Source of the DNA: Phoronis australis
Lineage: Eukaryota; Animalia; Phoronida
DNA length: 64,000 nucleotides
Assembly: GCA_002633005.1 (NCBI GenBank)
Contig: NMRA01000032.1
Span: 352,911-416,910, forward strand
Direction of reading: 5' to 3'
In this document: positions 40,222 through 52,704 of the stretch, one piece after another
How positions within the stretch are numbered: the first letter of the stretch is position 1
Layout: the number at the start of each line of letters is the position of its first letter
The notes under the pieces: generated by a model
Seen by the model: the letters and a program-made list of their open reading frames with translations, nothing else
The model's database searches: none
What the model was told of the DNA's origin: nothing
Made by a program: the position numbers and the translations under genes

Positions 40222-42449
40222 CAGGGGGTGAAGTCAAACATTTAAAATTCAGCTCAATAGCTATGTAAAACTGGGTCCATGTAGGCATTTCAACCCGCAC
40301 AAATTGTCCCAGGAACAAGATAATCTAGTGAAAATAACCATGTGGACAACTACAATAAACCATTTAAAGCCAGTAGTTATTCTTTCCTGTGTTTCTGTCA
40401 ATGAGTCACAACATCAATGACAAACAGTGTCAAATCTCATAAAATATTGGTAGGCCGAATCCATTCTGAGAAAATGTTGAACAAATAATACAAACAAACA
40501 ATACAACACTTTTTGTGAATCCAAGGCAATGTTTGGTATACAACCACAGAGTTCACCAAACTTTAAGTAGATAACTCCAGATTTATTCATTGATCAGCAG
40601 GTTGCATTAAACTGGAAATTAAGTATTTAATGTTTTGATTTCCTGTGGTTGTGCAAGACACTGAGCAACTCTGGAGCATTTTCATCAATACTTATTGGGA
40701 GTCTGGATATTCACAAGGTGGGCGATAATGAAGAACGAGTCTTTATGTAATCTGCATAGAGTGAGATCAAAGCTCTTCACCTGAGCATGGGACAAGAGTC
40801 TGAATGTATAGCGCATGTCATTGGGGCCACTACATCACAAGCGCCACCTGGTGAGATTCTAGCTCCCCACTCAAGTAAATGGATCTGAAAATTATGTTGA
40901 AGTTTTTAAAGGTAAACTTAATTTTACTGATGTTCTGTTCACTCTAAACCTATCCTCACCACAAGTAAAGCGATTTCTTATCAATGTGCACAGCCCTCGA
41001 CTTCCGTGACCAGGTTAATGCAAGCAATAAGATGTACCAGGAGCATAACTCATTGGTGCAACTTTAGTACGGTACATACAGCAAAATCTCATTAATATGG
41101 CGGACAAGTGAAATTCTATGTTTTATTTTTCCAAGAAAGAAAGATATGCAGCAATAAAGTAATCAATTTTGGCATGATCAAGCCCTGTATCAACAGCTAC
41201 CACCAGACAATATTTGGAAAAATTGCGTGTATCTACATTACACCGTACCAACAATGAAACAACTGGGAGAGATTTTACCATGCTCAATTTCAATGAAAGC
41301 GAAATCTGCCCTCCCCCCCCTCCTCCTTCAAAAACAAGTGTGGGGATCAATCAGCAGTCTGTCCTACAGATTTCAAAAACATCTCGCAGCCATGAATAGT
41401 TGCATATGGACAATACACCCAACATTACAAGTTTATTACACAGCAAAGAGTTCAACAGCATAATGTTATTACATAACCCAACAATTTGGACATTTTAGGC
41501 ATCAAGGCTTCAATACACTGACACTTCAGTAACTGCCTAGACCCAAAAGTTCACTCATGGAGCTGAAGAAAACTTACATTACCATCTGTCTTTGTTTAGA
41601 TGTCTAACCAACGAAAATCATATTAGCCATTTTGCCATACTCTGATAAAATCGGTCTCGAATAAATTTGAAATGACAACTAATCGAGGTGAAATTCACCT
41701 TTAATTAAATCTTTAACATCACACCTTTGGCCAGAGTAAGATGCAGTGTTCATGAAGTTGGCTTATTCAATTTGTGCTAGGCACAGCAACTTCTTATGAG
41801 TCATCTGAAATTTCTGAATCTAGCAAAAACAATAGTTTCTCTAAAAATAGTCAATTTTACTTTCACTGCTCATGGTGACTATCAGCCTCGTTTCAAGTAA
41901 ATAGACTGCTGGTTATTCCCAAACTCAGAAATCATTAACTTATCGAAGGAACAAACTGATATCAGTTATAACAACGAGGCATTTGATAATTTGATTCATC
42001 AGTTGTATTTTTAACACTTTAGGAGAGTACATTGCAGCTTCAAACACAACAGTCATCAAATTAAAATCTGTAGGTTGCGAAGTCCTTCTCGAATCATAAA
42101 ATTTTGATCGCCATTCCAAGAAATTCTGCAGTCAACCTTCTAAATGGTGTTATAGGCAACGGAGATGACTATATCAGCAGTTGACGAAATGGCCTATTTT
42201 GTTATGCCGACAGTCCGTGAAAAACATCGTTGTCCGGATTATAACATCAGTAAGGAAGATAAATGATACAGCTTATAGCTGCCAGGTGTAGAAATGTTTA
42301 CCAAATGCATTGCAGAATTCAAATTTTAACGCATTTTTTATAACAATGGCACAATTTTATGACAAGCGAAAGTTACAGTGAACACTTATTGAAGCTATGA
42401 GTGATGCTCCCAGTTCCAGTAACCAGAAAATCAAGCATTTATCTTCCTG

Positions 42450-42716
42450 GGCTCTGTTTCATGAAAGGTGGCTTAAAATTTAAGACAGAAGTTTGGTCTA
42501 TGTTCCACACAACTATTTCTGAAAAATTATCAATTTGCACTTGAGCAAAAGTACAAAGTCACTGAGAATACATAACAAGCTGCTAGTAGCTGAGATAATT
42601 TTTAGACTGTGAAGTGGTCACAATTACTTGGCTACTCTTATTCAGCAACTGTGAGGTGGGAGCATGAGAACAGTTCTGTCTTAGTCTAATGTAATCACTT
42701 TTCGTGAAACATACCC
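42450..42716. mobile_element. Harbinger-like MITE with CTG target duplication
   Basis: TIRs ggctctgtttcatgaaa / tttcgtgaaacataccc; ctg at 42447-42449 and 42717-42719. Confidence 0.65.
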
Positions 42717-42786
42717 CTGATTGCATCTCACAGTACCGTCCACACAAGGACTTATCCTAGTTACTTACCCCAGTTATCAGATGCGA

Positions 42787-42813
42787 GTGTGTGTGTGAGT
42801 GTGTGTGTGTGAG

Positions 42814-42860
<47 letters not shown>

Positions 42861-42868
42861 ATGCGTGT
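42787..42868. repeat. Compound (GT)n/(GCGT)n microsatellite inside a MITE
   Basis: Directly visible; flanks match the 4473-4885 MITE family. Confidence 0.95.
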
Positions 42869-45800
42869 ATGTTCCACATCAAAGTGGGGTGTAAGTTGCA
42901 GTAAAAGTGCACTTGTTCTACGGTAGGCTGTGTGTGGACGGGATTTTTGTTTTGCCACTCCCCAAAAGTTTCTGGAAGGTAACACGATTCCACTCCTGAG
43001 AGATAGACTCGTCAGTTTCACAACCAAACTTGCATTCTGGTGCAGTGTTTCTGGTGTTCTGATTTTTAACTAAATCGCGAAGTACACAATCTATTCCTGG
43101 AATGAGTTGTCGCCAGGCTCAGTAGCAAACATGGAAACTATTCATGAAGGCTGGGGCAACATGACACATGAGCACAAGCTTACCCCACTCCTGGGTTAGG
43201 GTAATTTGTTCTAGGAAAACTAGCTTCAGCACTAGTCACAGCGTGGTAACAAGTCTACCAACACCACACCATACAACAAAAGTAATTAGTGTTTGCGCAG
43301 TTACATACATACAGGCACCCTCATTTTCGTACTTTATTGACCTTAATTCTGAACACGTTTATATTTCCTGAATCACAATATTAACTTTAACCATTTTATT
43401 TCTGCTGGTAATCACAGCTACAAGATGGAGATTTAACCCAAAACGGATAAGGAATAATGCAAACAATCAACGGCCATTTTTCCAGGAGCAGAGCTATCTA
43501 ATTTCCGTCCTGCAATAAGGCATCAGGGGACTCATGTGGATGCCAAGACACTTAGTACTGTAGCGAGACTTAAGACGAGTTCATCTCTTCTGGCTTAAGA
43601 TTGGTCATAGAAATTACACCAAGTAATTTAGCACTGACAGCTGGCCCGACTGTATACTAGAGGTTGGAACAAGGCTACGTGGATGCTCAACTGACCAGAG
43701 ACAAGTTACTCTCAGGCCCAGGTTGTTTCATTTTAAATCATAGTGTGGACATGACTTAAGAAAAAAAAAAAACTGTGATCCAAACTCAAGTTATATGTGA
43801 GCAATCATGTTGTGCTTGACACTAATTTTGAAAGTCACAACCCCATCCCTGCAACCCAGTTATTTTCTATCACAATGTTAGTAGTGCAAACATGAGGAAC
43901 TGTCCAAGGTAAAATCTTACAAGTGCAGGACACGATATAGTAAACAAGTGATATTTGATTACTTTCATTTTGATCATAATAGACAGTAACACCAAATAAG
44001 GTTTTATCATATTTAAGTCTCATAACAATGTTTGTAAAAAGCCTTTAAAGAACCAAAAAATGACAATTGATTTTGTCCGAAGTTGGTGACATTTTACCAA
44101 ATACCATACTTCTTTTACAGTGATATAGGCAATGGTCAAACAAGGCCCAACATTGTGAAGGCTCCATTCTTTGCTACTACGGTAAAATCTTATCAATTCA
44201 GGACATAATATGGCCGACAAGTAGAATAGTATTTTGTTTGTGAAACTTATGTAGGACAGAATTAAATGATATCATTTCTACACGTTATGTTCCACAGGTA
44301 CTACGCCGAAACAAAGTTTTTAAAAGTTGAGAGCATTCACAACGTTAGAAGCCCTTCAAAATGAAAAGGACATTTTTGGCATTTTTGTCTGAAATTAGTG
44401 AGTTTTGCCATATACTGCAGCTTTCAAATATTGGCTACCATAATCATAAAAAGTGGCGTCAAAATAATTGATCATTTTGCCAATGTTTTAACTCAAAAGT
44501 TTTCGATGATTGAATTCTTAACCAAAGCACTTTTGGAGTTTGAAAACATTACGATGGTCACACAATCTAGAATTGTTGTTGAATGAGATCGCAATTCAAA
44601 ACATGGGCACCATTTTCGAATTTGCAATTTTAGGGTTGGTCAACTCCAACAAACTCTGGAGTGTTTTCTTGAGTCGTTAATGGTTTTGAAGTTCTTGGAG
44701 GGAATGCCGTCCTATCATGGCAAGGAATGTTATGACCAACTCGATTTTTGTTTTTAGCCAGCTGATCAGTAAGAAATGCAGCTTGAAGTATAAACTTAAT
44801 GCTAGGCTATAAACCTACGAATACTATGAAAATTCTTTTTACAGATTAAAAAAGTACATCGTCTTTGGGCAATTAATAAATTCCTATGAAGATCAATACT
44901 GAAAAACTAACCATTTCACAAAAACTGAAATCATGTCCATCCTTTTAAAACAAATAAAATGTTAGATAATTCAAAATGTAGATATAATATGAAAAACGTT
45001 GTTTAATCCGTTTTCGTTGTAAACCTAATGAAAATACTCCCTAAGATCTGGATGTATCAAACTGAAAAAGTGAAAACAGAGTTGTCTTCATCAGGCTGTA
45101 AGTAGTTTATCAGTAGACATGGGAATTACTTTATAACAGTTCCACAGTCTGATCTCAATTAGTATCCAGACAATTAGTCAATAACCAATTATATAACTAT
45201 ATGATATTATATTATAAATCTCATCAGACATGACCAAATTAAACAATGCTGTTCAAGGACACACAGTGAATCAGACCTCTATGTAAATATTCTATGCTAG
45301 AAAGAGTGTATGAATAAATGATGGTGAAGATCAGTCAATCAATAATCCTAAAGTATAATTCAGCTGAAAAATAACAGGTAAGATATATTTACATATGAAA
45401 AAATTGACGCGTTAAAGAGCATTGAATATTGACCCCTTCACAGTAATAGAGGCAGTCTAATGTCTAATATATATGCTCCCGTATATATTAATTCTAACAG
45501 CTAGCACTGCACTAAATAATTGACGAGTTCCATATGACACACAGTATAACATTTTATTGCTTTAAGCACACAGTAGAATTTTCTTCAGACTTCTACTTTT
45601 CATGGACTTACAGATCATCACCCCCAACACATTTCAATTGGGAGAGCCTCTTAAAAAAATTGAGTACCCATGTTTCCACAAAATCTCACGTTAAAGGGTC
45701 ACTTCTTATGCCAGGGAATGTTACACGTCTCCTACCACAAGATTATGATGCTGACTTGAGGGGGTATATTTATGAATTTCGGTTCAAAAGGATGCAGCTA

Positions 45801-46646
45801 AAAATATCATAACGTATGGAACTCCGCTCAAGGGCTGTGGAGTCAAGAGAAACATGGAGAGTAAAGGTAGCAACCAATTTGAGGTTCGTTATTCAGTGGA
45901 CAAAACTGGTTCTCAAAATGTGGGACCCCTGCAGGTGATAGTATTACCAAAAGTCATCACCTGGATTAATGAGAGTCGCCCTAATAGGATCCAATTTTGG
46001 GAATGTTGTCTTTATTAGGGTCATGTTTTGAGGGGATATAGTTTGAAAGGGTGGAGTTTCTGTGTCCCTGATACACTGCCTAGAGGGGCTTATTCAAAAT
46101 CCCTTGTTAGTACCTTAGTTTCTAGTGGCTTACTAGAAAGCCCCATGCCTCCACAAGCAGAAAATGAATTGGCACAGCGAGAATAGAACTAGATTTCATA
46201 ATTCAAAACTTCTATGAAACTGTTATCATTCAAAAGAATATCAACCTCGAACAGGATGTAAATTGTTTAAATGACGCTTCCACTGTAATAAAATAAAATG
46301 ATAATAAAACTGTTAGTTTTATCCAAGCAGCACTATGGTGGATGCTGGTGGTGTTCTGTCTGGCATGTATTAACAGTTTTATTGTTTATTTTATACCATT
46401 ACATACATTACTCAAGTCGTGGAATCGATAAGTATGGTCGGTGGCTCAAAGCCCTACCTTCAATAAACAAATATTTTGTGTGAGATTTCAGTCTTAACGC
46501 ATGATTTCGCAGGTCAGTTGCTGAGAATGAGATGTGTTAACTGTCTGTGCTCGGATCAATATGTGTTGAGGCAATCGACGGAGTCTGGGACGTAGAAGGA
46601 TTTCAGAAAAAAAAAAATCCTAGAAAACAAAAAGTCATAAACTCAC

Positions 46647-46706
46647 CGTCCTCAAGAAAGAAATGTCGTCTTGTTCAGATCCAGTATTTTCGTGATCATC
46701 CGTCAT
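46647..46706 (-). CDS. RyR: Ryanodine receptor, coding exon 1 (MTDDHENTGSEQDDISFLRT)
   Basis: ATG in gccgtcATG context, 60 nt, donor ACG|gtgagt. SEQDDISFLRT matches the RyR N-terminus (insect SEQDDVSFLRT; vertebrate EDEVQFLRT); intron after FLRT as in vertebrate RYR genes. Confidence 0.96.
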
Positions 46707-48244
46707 GACGGCAGGGTTTGTTACGATGCGCTCACGCTTATCAAGTAAATTGGAATGGCGACTGGTGGACGTCGGTCTGGTGTCGGCGAAACGAGGTCGA
46801 AAACGGCGATTTCATGAATAGAAAGCAAAGTTTAGCACATTCCTGTCACCTCGTAACCGATCTGTAATGTAACTTTGACCTATTAAGCCATGGTTGAAGC
46901 GAATGTAGCGAAGAACTTCTGCAAAGTCACGGGGGATTCCTTGCTCGTCCTCAATCTCCGCAAGACAGCTGACTGTAATCGTATAGGCTCTTTTCTTGAC
47001 AAAAGATGGCGCGATCTACAGTGCGAGTCAACAGTCTTGTGTACCGTGACTGTGCATGTAAACACTTTCTATATCTATGCCTGGAACTGTAGACAGATCT
47101 ACAGTTCTGTGATCAATGGTAATGCATGACCAAATCCGAGGACCAAGTCATACGTCTGCAGCATCAAAATTGTTTGGCTGTACTCAATAAAAATAATAAA
47201 ACTAAAACTGCGTTCATGTGTAACATAGGCCTACTCCTGTTGTGTGCCAATGCAAAAACATAAACATGGTTAGTCTCTTTTTGATAGAAAGACCAGTATT
47301 TCAATGAAGAAACTTCATATTCACAAAACTAGTTTGCGAATTTATTTAGCGAACTGATAGGCAACAGCTTACGCATGACGGTCTATCGGGGTAAAAACTG
47401 GTTTTGTTCTTGACGGTAATCACTGATATCCCAAACTACTAAAAATACAAGTCAAAATTGGTTGTTACGGTCCTTTTTATGTTCATTTTCAAAACGGAAG
47501 ATAATAATGAATATTCAAAATTTACAATGGCTGACAAACAGTTGGGGATTAATCGAATTTCATATACATACTACGCTTAACCTTGTTCTAAAAAATTGTC
47601 AGGTTACATGTACTTCGTTAAGTGGAGCTAGTGATATCGAAAAGGGCTACTTTTCACTTATGGAAAATTCATTTAACCTAGACTTATTTGAAACTCGTGG
47701 TAAGACAAGAAATCTGTCGCTGCACTACAATAAATCAGACAATGTACAATTCTACTCTGTCAAGTTTGTTACAGTATTACACACGTTTCGTATTTCTGAT
47801 AAAGCCCTTTTGGCACTTTTCTCAAACAACGATTTCTTCACGTCGTCAGAGTTTATTGTGCTGTTGACGTATCCTTATATCTTCGAAATGGCCTAAATAA
47901 CATGGTGATGGGTACTATAGCGATTTGTCACCGTGTTATAGGCTACGAATGGACAAAAAATTCAGGCGTCAGCACTTAGCGCTCATTCCACAAAAGAATT
48001 TCTGTTGAAATGTTTGATTTTTTTAAATCAAACATTTTTAACTTTTTATCAGAGGTTTGAGGTTACTGAGAGAGCAGGGTTGTAGGACAAATCTTTGATC
48101 CTACAACTGAATCAAATAATATTTTATATCGTTTGGCAGTCCCTGTAAAACTTGATGCAGCAACAAAAATAATGAGGTCATGTGGTAGCTGAGCGAATCT
48201 TATCGCTATTTTTGGCCAGCTTGTGCACAAAACGTTTCTTTAAT

Positions 48245-48550
48245 CAGGAGTGGATCCAGTATTTTGAGTTAGAGGGGGGCAGGGCACGGGAACAACCAGA
48301 ATTTGGGGAAAATGCGCGCACCCAGCCTAAAATGTGGGGACACAGAGGCCTCGAATGTTTGGGTTGGGGTTGCGGACCTGTTGACTAAAAAAAAAACGGA
48401 CGGGGTTTGTTCAGTTTGCTCAGGGCCTATGCATTGTTTATTCACCCCCGACGAGCCCCTGCTTGCGTACACCCGAACTCCCAAATGGTATCTGGTAAGA
48501 TTTTAGGGGGGCCATGGCCCCCTTGCCCCCCTCCCCTAAATCCGCCACTG
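48245..48550. mobile_element. GC-rich short element with CAG.GGCGGAT / ATCCGCCA.TG ends; relatives at about 15125-15364, 27437-27575 and 54931-55080
   Basis: caggagtggatccag ... taaatccgccactg; same terminal motifs at the other loci. Confidence 0.6.
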
Positions 48551-49061
48551 TTAATTACCATAAAGTGAAAAGTGTAGTGGCAAACATTTTGAGAGAACGC
48601 GTTCTCAATATTTCCAGTCACTTTTTGCACCAGAAAAAACATCCATGGGCGCGTTTTCTTCTTTCAGTCCGAAAAAGGCGCACTCGTATGCGTTTTCCGG
48701 CAGCGGGCGCTTTACCGAAGATACCCGGCAGTTATCTCCAGAGTTGTTTTATTTGTTTAACCAAACATCTACTGCTCATAAGTTCATTCTTTTCAACAAA
48801 AGATGAGAAACTATTTTACTAAAAGTGGTAACATTGACGACCTTTTTATTTTTATCATCTGTTTACCGACGACGTACACATATAAGTACTGCTCTCTACG
48901 AGGACTCTCGAGTCATTCGCGTCACATTTTTTCTCTTTCATGCGTAAAGACAGGACATAGTGCAGGGACGCAAGAGTAAAATACTACGTGCTATGTTCAT
49001 ACTAGGTTTTCAGCGAAATCGGAACTCAGAACTCAGCCTTACAATAGCATGGGCGTATGAT

Positions 49062-52000
49062 GTCCAAGCGTTCGATATTTCCTATTTTTCAGTAGAGCCA
49101 AAACTTAAAACGAAAAGCCTCAAGATTGTATACCACTTTTCCGAGATTATACGAAGTAAAGTCTATTTTAGACACCTAACTTCCAAACTCCAGAGAAAGT
49201 CGCACCTGGTCAGTTGCGGCAGGTTTAAAATTACACAGCCGGTTTTATGGCAAGAAACACATTTCTTTTGTGGTTTTGTTTGGGAAGGATTGACCTTATG
49301 TTAGAGTTCTTAGTTTTAACTTGAGCTAAAAAACGACAAGAGTTCTATTACTGCATGTTCATTATAAATCAACCCAAAATGTAATTGAATTTCTACTGAT
49401 TACGTCATTATAAATTAAACCTGTGTCACTTAAAGGAACTTCGCTAGTTAATTAACACTCTGAAGTTGATGAGTGAAGGGGTTACGCAGGTGACGTCATT
49501 TTCCTTCATAATTCTCCTCCAAGAAAATGACGTTTATTAGCTTGTTGCTATACATAGGTATAATGTTGCTGCGTTCAAGCAGGTGGTCTCAATTACGAAA
49601 CACCTTTTCTGAAAACACAGATTATATTTGTCACGAATATTGTTAGAGACTGCAAAGGCTTATGTGACCGTATTAAAGGTCGTGATTAGTTTCGACTTAC
49701 AGTTTGGAAATCAGACATCAGACGTAGGCAGTCTGGTACGCCACCTTGAAAACAGGTACGCTCGTTAAACGCGTACACGTCATTTGTTAATTTTTGTGAC
49801 ATCTTTCGGGAGATGATGAGAGCTTCGCTAAAGCAAAATGAACTCTGAAATTCGATTTGTTGGTACTAAAATATTAAAAACTTATAACGAAACAAAACTA
49901 GTTCCGACATTATGTTGTGACATGTATGCAACCTCCGATCGCGGAACTGAGAAGAACAGTAGATTGAAGAATCAGCGGAAAAGGGAACTGGCCAATTGGT
50001 GACGCTTTATTTCATAGCGCATAAAAATCGCTTCTCAACTTTAACAGTAGAAAAACGGTAGACGAAAATTTTGTAAGTACCGGTAAGTAAGCTAGTTTAC
50101 TCAAGGAAGAGTGAAGGTTTTAATGGCATTAGTTTTGTAACCCATTTTATTTGGCCATTTTTACTCACATCTGTACATACAGCTTAGCACCGAGGCTAGT
50201 TGCAACGTAGCGGGCATGAAGTTCCTCGGTTGAAGGTCCAGTGACCTGCATACTCCAATAGGTTTGCTTTCAACAAAACCTGTTTTGATTACCAAGCAGA
50301 ACATGCAATTTACTGATGATATGCCACTGGACCACATTAATAGTCCTGCTATGTATGTTTTTCGTATCATGCGGAGAATTTCTTGCTTACACTGGTCACG
50401 GCTCTGATTCCCTGAGCTCCAGACAACTTTTATGATGCCTATTCAGCACGCCCTTTGTATTGATGTAGATCTGAGCTAATGAAGTGGAATGGAAATAGCT
50501 AGCACTACTTTCTTAACAATATTAGTTATTATTACACCCAAATTGTTTTTCTCTGGCATTTGCGGAGTTAAAGGCTGCAATGTTGAGAGCAGTTTTAACT
50601 GGGTACACTTTAAATATTACAAAAAGACTGAAAAGTTAATTTGAGTTCATCTTGACAATTAAAGGCCACTTCCCAAAGGAACTTAATTATGTTTCATACC
50701 TGTTTTCATTACTTTATTTAAATACTTCTGTTGTCTATAATCTATGGTAGCAGCTGAAGAAGACTTGAAATTTGTAAAAAATAATATGGCGTCTTAGTAA
50801 CCGTGGCAAGCGTAGCTCCATCTACAGAACTTATTCACTAATTATATCAGAGACGGTCTCTCATACATCCAGTGCGTGGAAANGTCCAAGCGTTCGATAT
50901 TTCCTATTTTTCAGTAGAGCCAAAACTTAAAACGAAAAGCCTCAAGATTGTATACCACTTTTCCGAGATTATAGGAAGTAAAGTCTATTTTAGACACCTA
51001 ACCTCCAAACTCCAGAGAAAGTCGCACCTGGTCAGTTGCGGCAGGTTTAAAATTACACAGCCGGTTTTATGGCAAGAAACACATTTCTTTTGTGGTTTTG
51101 TTTGGGAAGGATTGACCTTATGTTGGAGTTCTTAGTTTTAACTTGAGCTAAAAAACGACAAGAGTTCTATTACTGCATGTTCATTATAAATCAACCCTAA
51201 AAGCAATTGAATTTCTACTGATTACGTCATTATAAATCAAACCTGTGTCACTTAAAGGAACTTCGCTATTTAATCAACACTCTGAAGTTGATGAGTGAGG
51301 GGGTTACGCAGGTGACGTCATTTTCCTTCATAATTCTCCGCCAAGAAAATGACGTTTATTAGCTTGTTGCTATACATAGGTAAAATGTTGCTGCGTTCGA
51401 GTAGGTGGTCTCAATTACGAAACACCTTTTCTGAAAACACAGATTATATTTGTCACGAATATTGTTAGAGACTGCAAAGGCTTATGTAACCGTATCAAAG
51501 GTCGTGATTAGTTTCGACTTACAGTTTGGAAATCAGACATCAGACGTAGCCAGTCTGATACGCCAACTTGAAAACAGGTACGCTCGTTAAACGCGTACAC
51601 GTCATTTGCTAATTTTTGTGACATCTTTCGGGAGATGATGAGAGCTTCGCCAAAGCAAAATGAACTCTGAAATTCGATTTGTTGGTACTAAAATATTAAA
51701 AACTTATAACGAAATGAAACTAGTTCCGACATTATGTTGTGACATGTATGCAACCTCCGATCGCGGAACTGAGAAGAACAATAGATTGAAGAATCAGCGG
51801 AAAAGGGAACTGGCCAATTGGTGACGCTTTATTTCATAGCGCATAAAAATCGCTTCTCAACTTTAATAGTAGAAAAACGGTAGACGAAAATTTTGTAAGT
51901 ACCGGTAAGTAAGCTAGTTTACTCAAGGAAGAGTGAAGGTTTTAATGGCATTAGTTTTGTAACCCATTTTATTTGGTCATTTTTACTCACATCTGTACAT

Positions 52001-52704
52001 ACAGCTTAGCACCGAGGCTAATTGCAACGTAGCGGGCATGAAGTTCCTCGGTTGAAGGTCCAGTGACCTGCATACTCCAATAGGTTTGCTTTCAACAAAA
52101 CCTGTTTTGATTACCAAGCAGAACATGCAATTTACTGATGATATGCCACTGGACCACATTAATAGTCCTGCTATGTATGTTTTTCGTATCATGCGGAGAA
52201 TTTCTTGCTTACACTGGTCACGGCTCTGATTCCCTGAGCTCCAGACAACTTTTATGATGCCTATTCAGCACGCCCTTTGTATTGATGTAGATCTGAACTA
52301 ATGAAGTGGAATGGAAATAGCTAGCACTACTTTCTTAACAATATTAGTTATTATTACACCCAAATTGTTTTTCTCTGGCATTTGCGGAGTTAAAGGCTGC
52401 AATGTTGAGAGCAGTTTTAACTGGGTACACTTTAAATATTACAAAAAGACTGAAAAGTTAATTTGAGTTCATCTTGACAATTAAAGGCCACTTCCCAAAG
52501 GAACTTAATTATGTTTCATACCTGTTTTCATTACTTTATTTAAATACTTCTGTTGTCTATAATCTATGGTAGCAGCTGAAGAAGACTTGAAATTTGTAAA
52601 AAATAATATGGCGTCTTAGTAACCGTGGCAAGCGTAGCTCCATCTACAGAACTTATTCACTAATTATATCAGAGACGGTCTCTCATACATCCAGTGCGTG
52701 GAAA
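49062..52704. repeat. Tandem near-identical duplication (49062-50882 and 50884-52704) joined by a single N at 50883; probable allelic assembly artefact
   Basis: Both 1821-bp copies start gtccaagcgttcgat and end gtgcgtggaaa; only scattered substitutions. Confidence 0.9.

Larger units (their letters stand above)
537..46646 (-). other. RyR: RyR intron 1 (46,110 nt as assembled; about 2.8 kb of it is probable assembly duplication)
   Basis: Bounded by GT donor (46646) and CAG acceptor (539-537); exons 1 and 2 give contiguous RyR sequence FLRT|NDNICLSC with nothing missing. Confidence 0.9.

Noticed and set aside
41841-41850. Perfect MEF2 site CTAAAAATAG, and paired CAGCTG E-boxes near 20247-20266
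   Set aside because: Short motifs expected by chance in 64 kb of AT-rich DNA; no clustering.
46700-46711. 12-bp palindrome CCGTCATGACGG over the RyR start codon
   Set aside because: Too short to exclude chance; no loop for a stable RNA hairpin.
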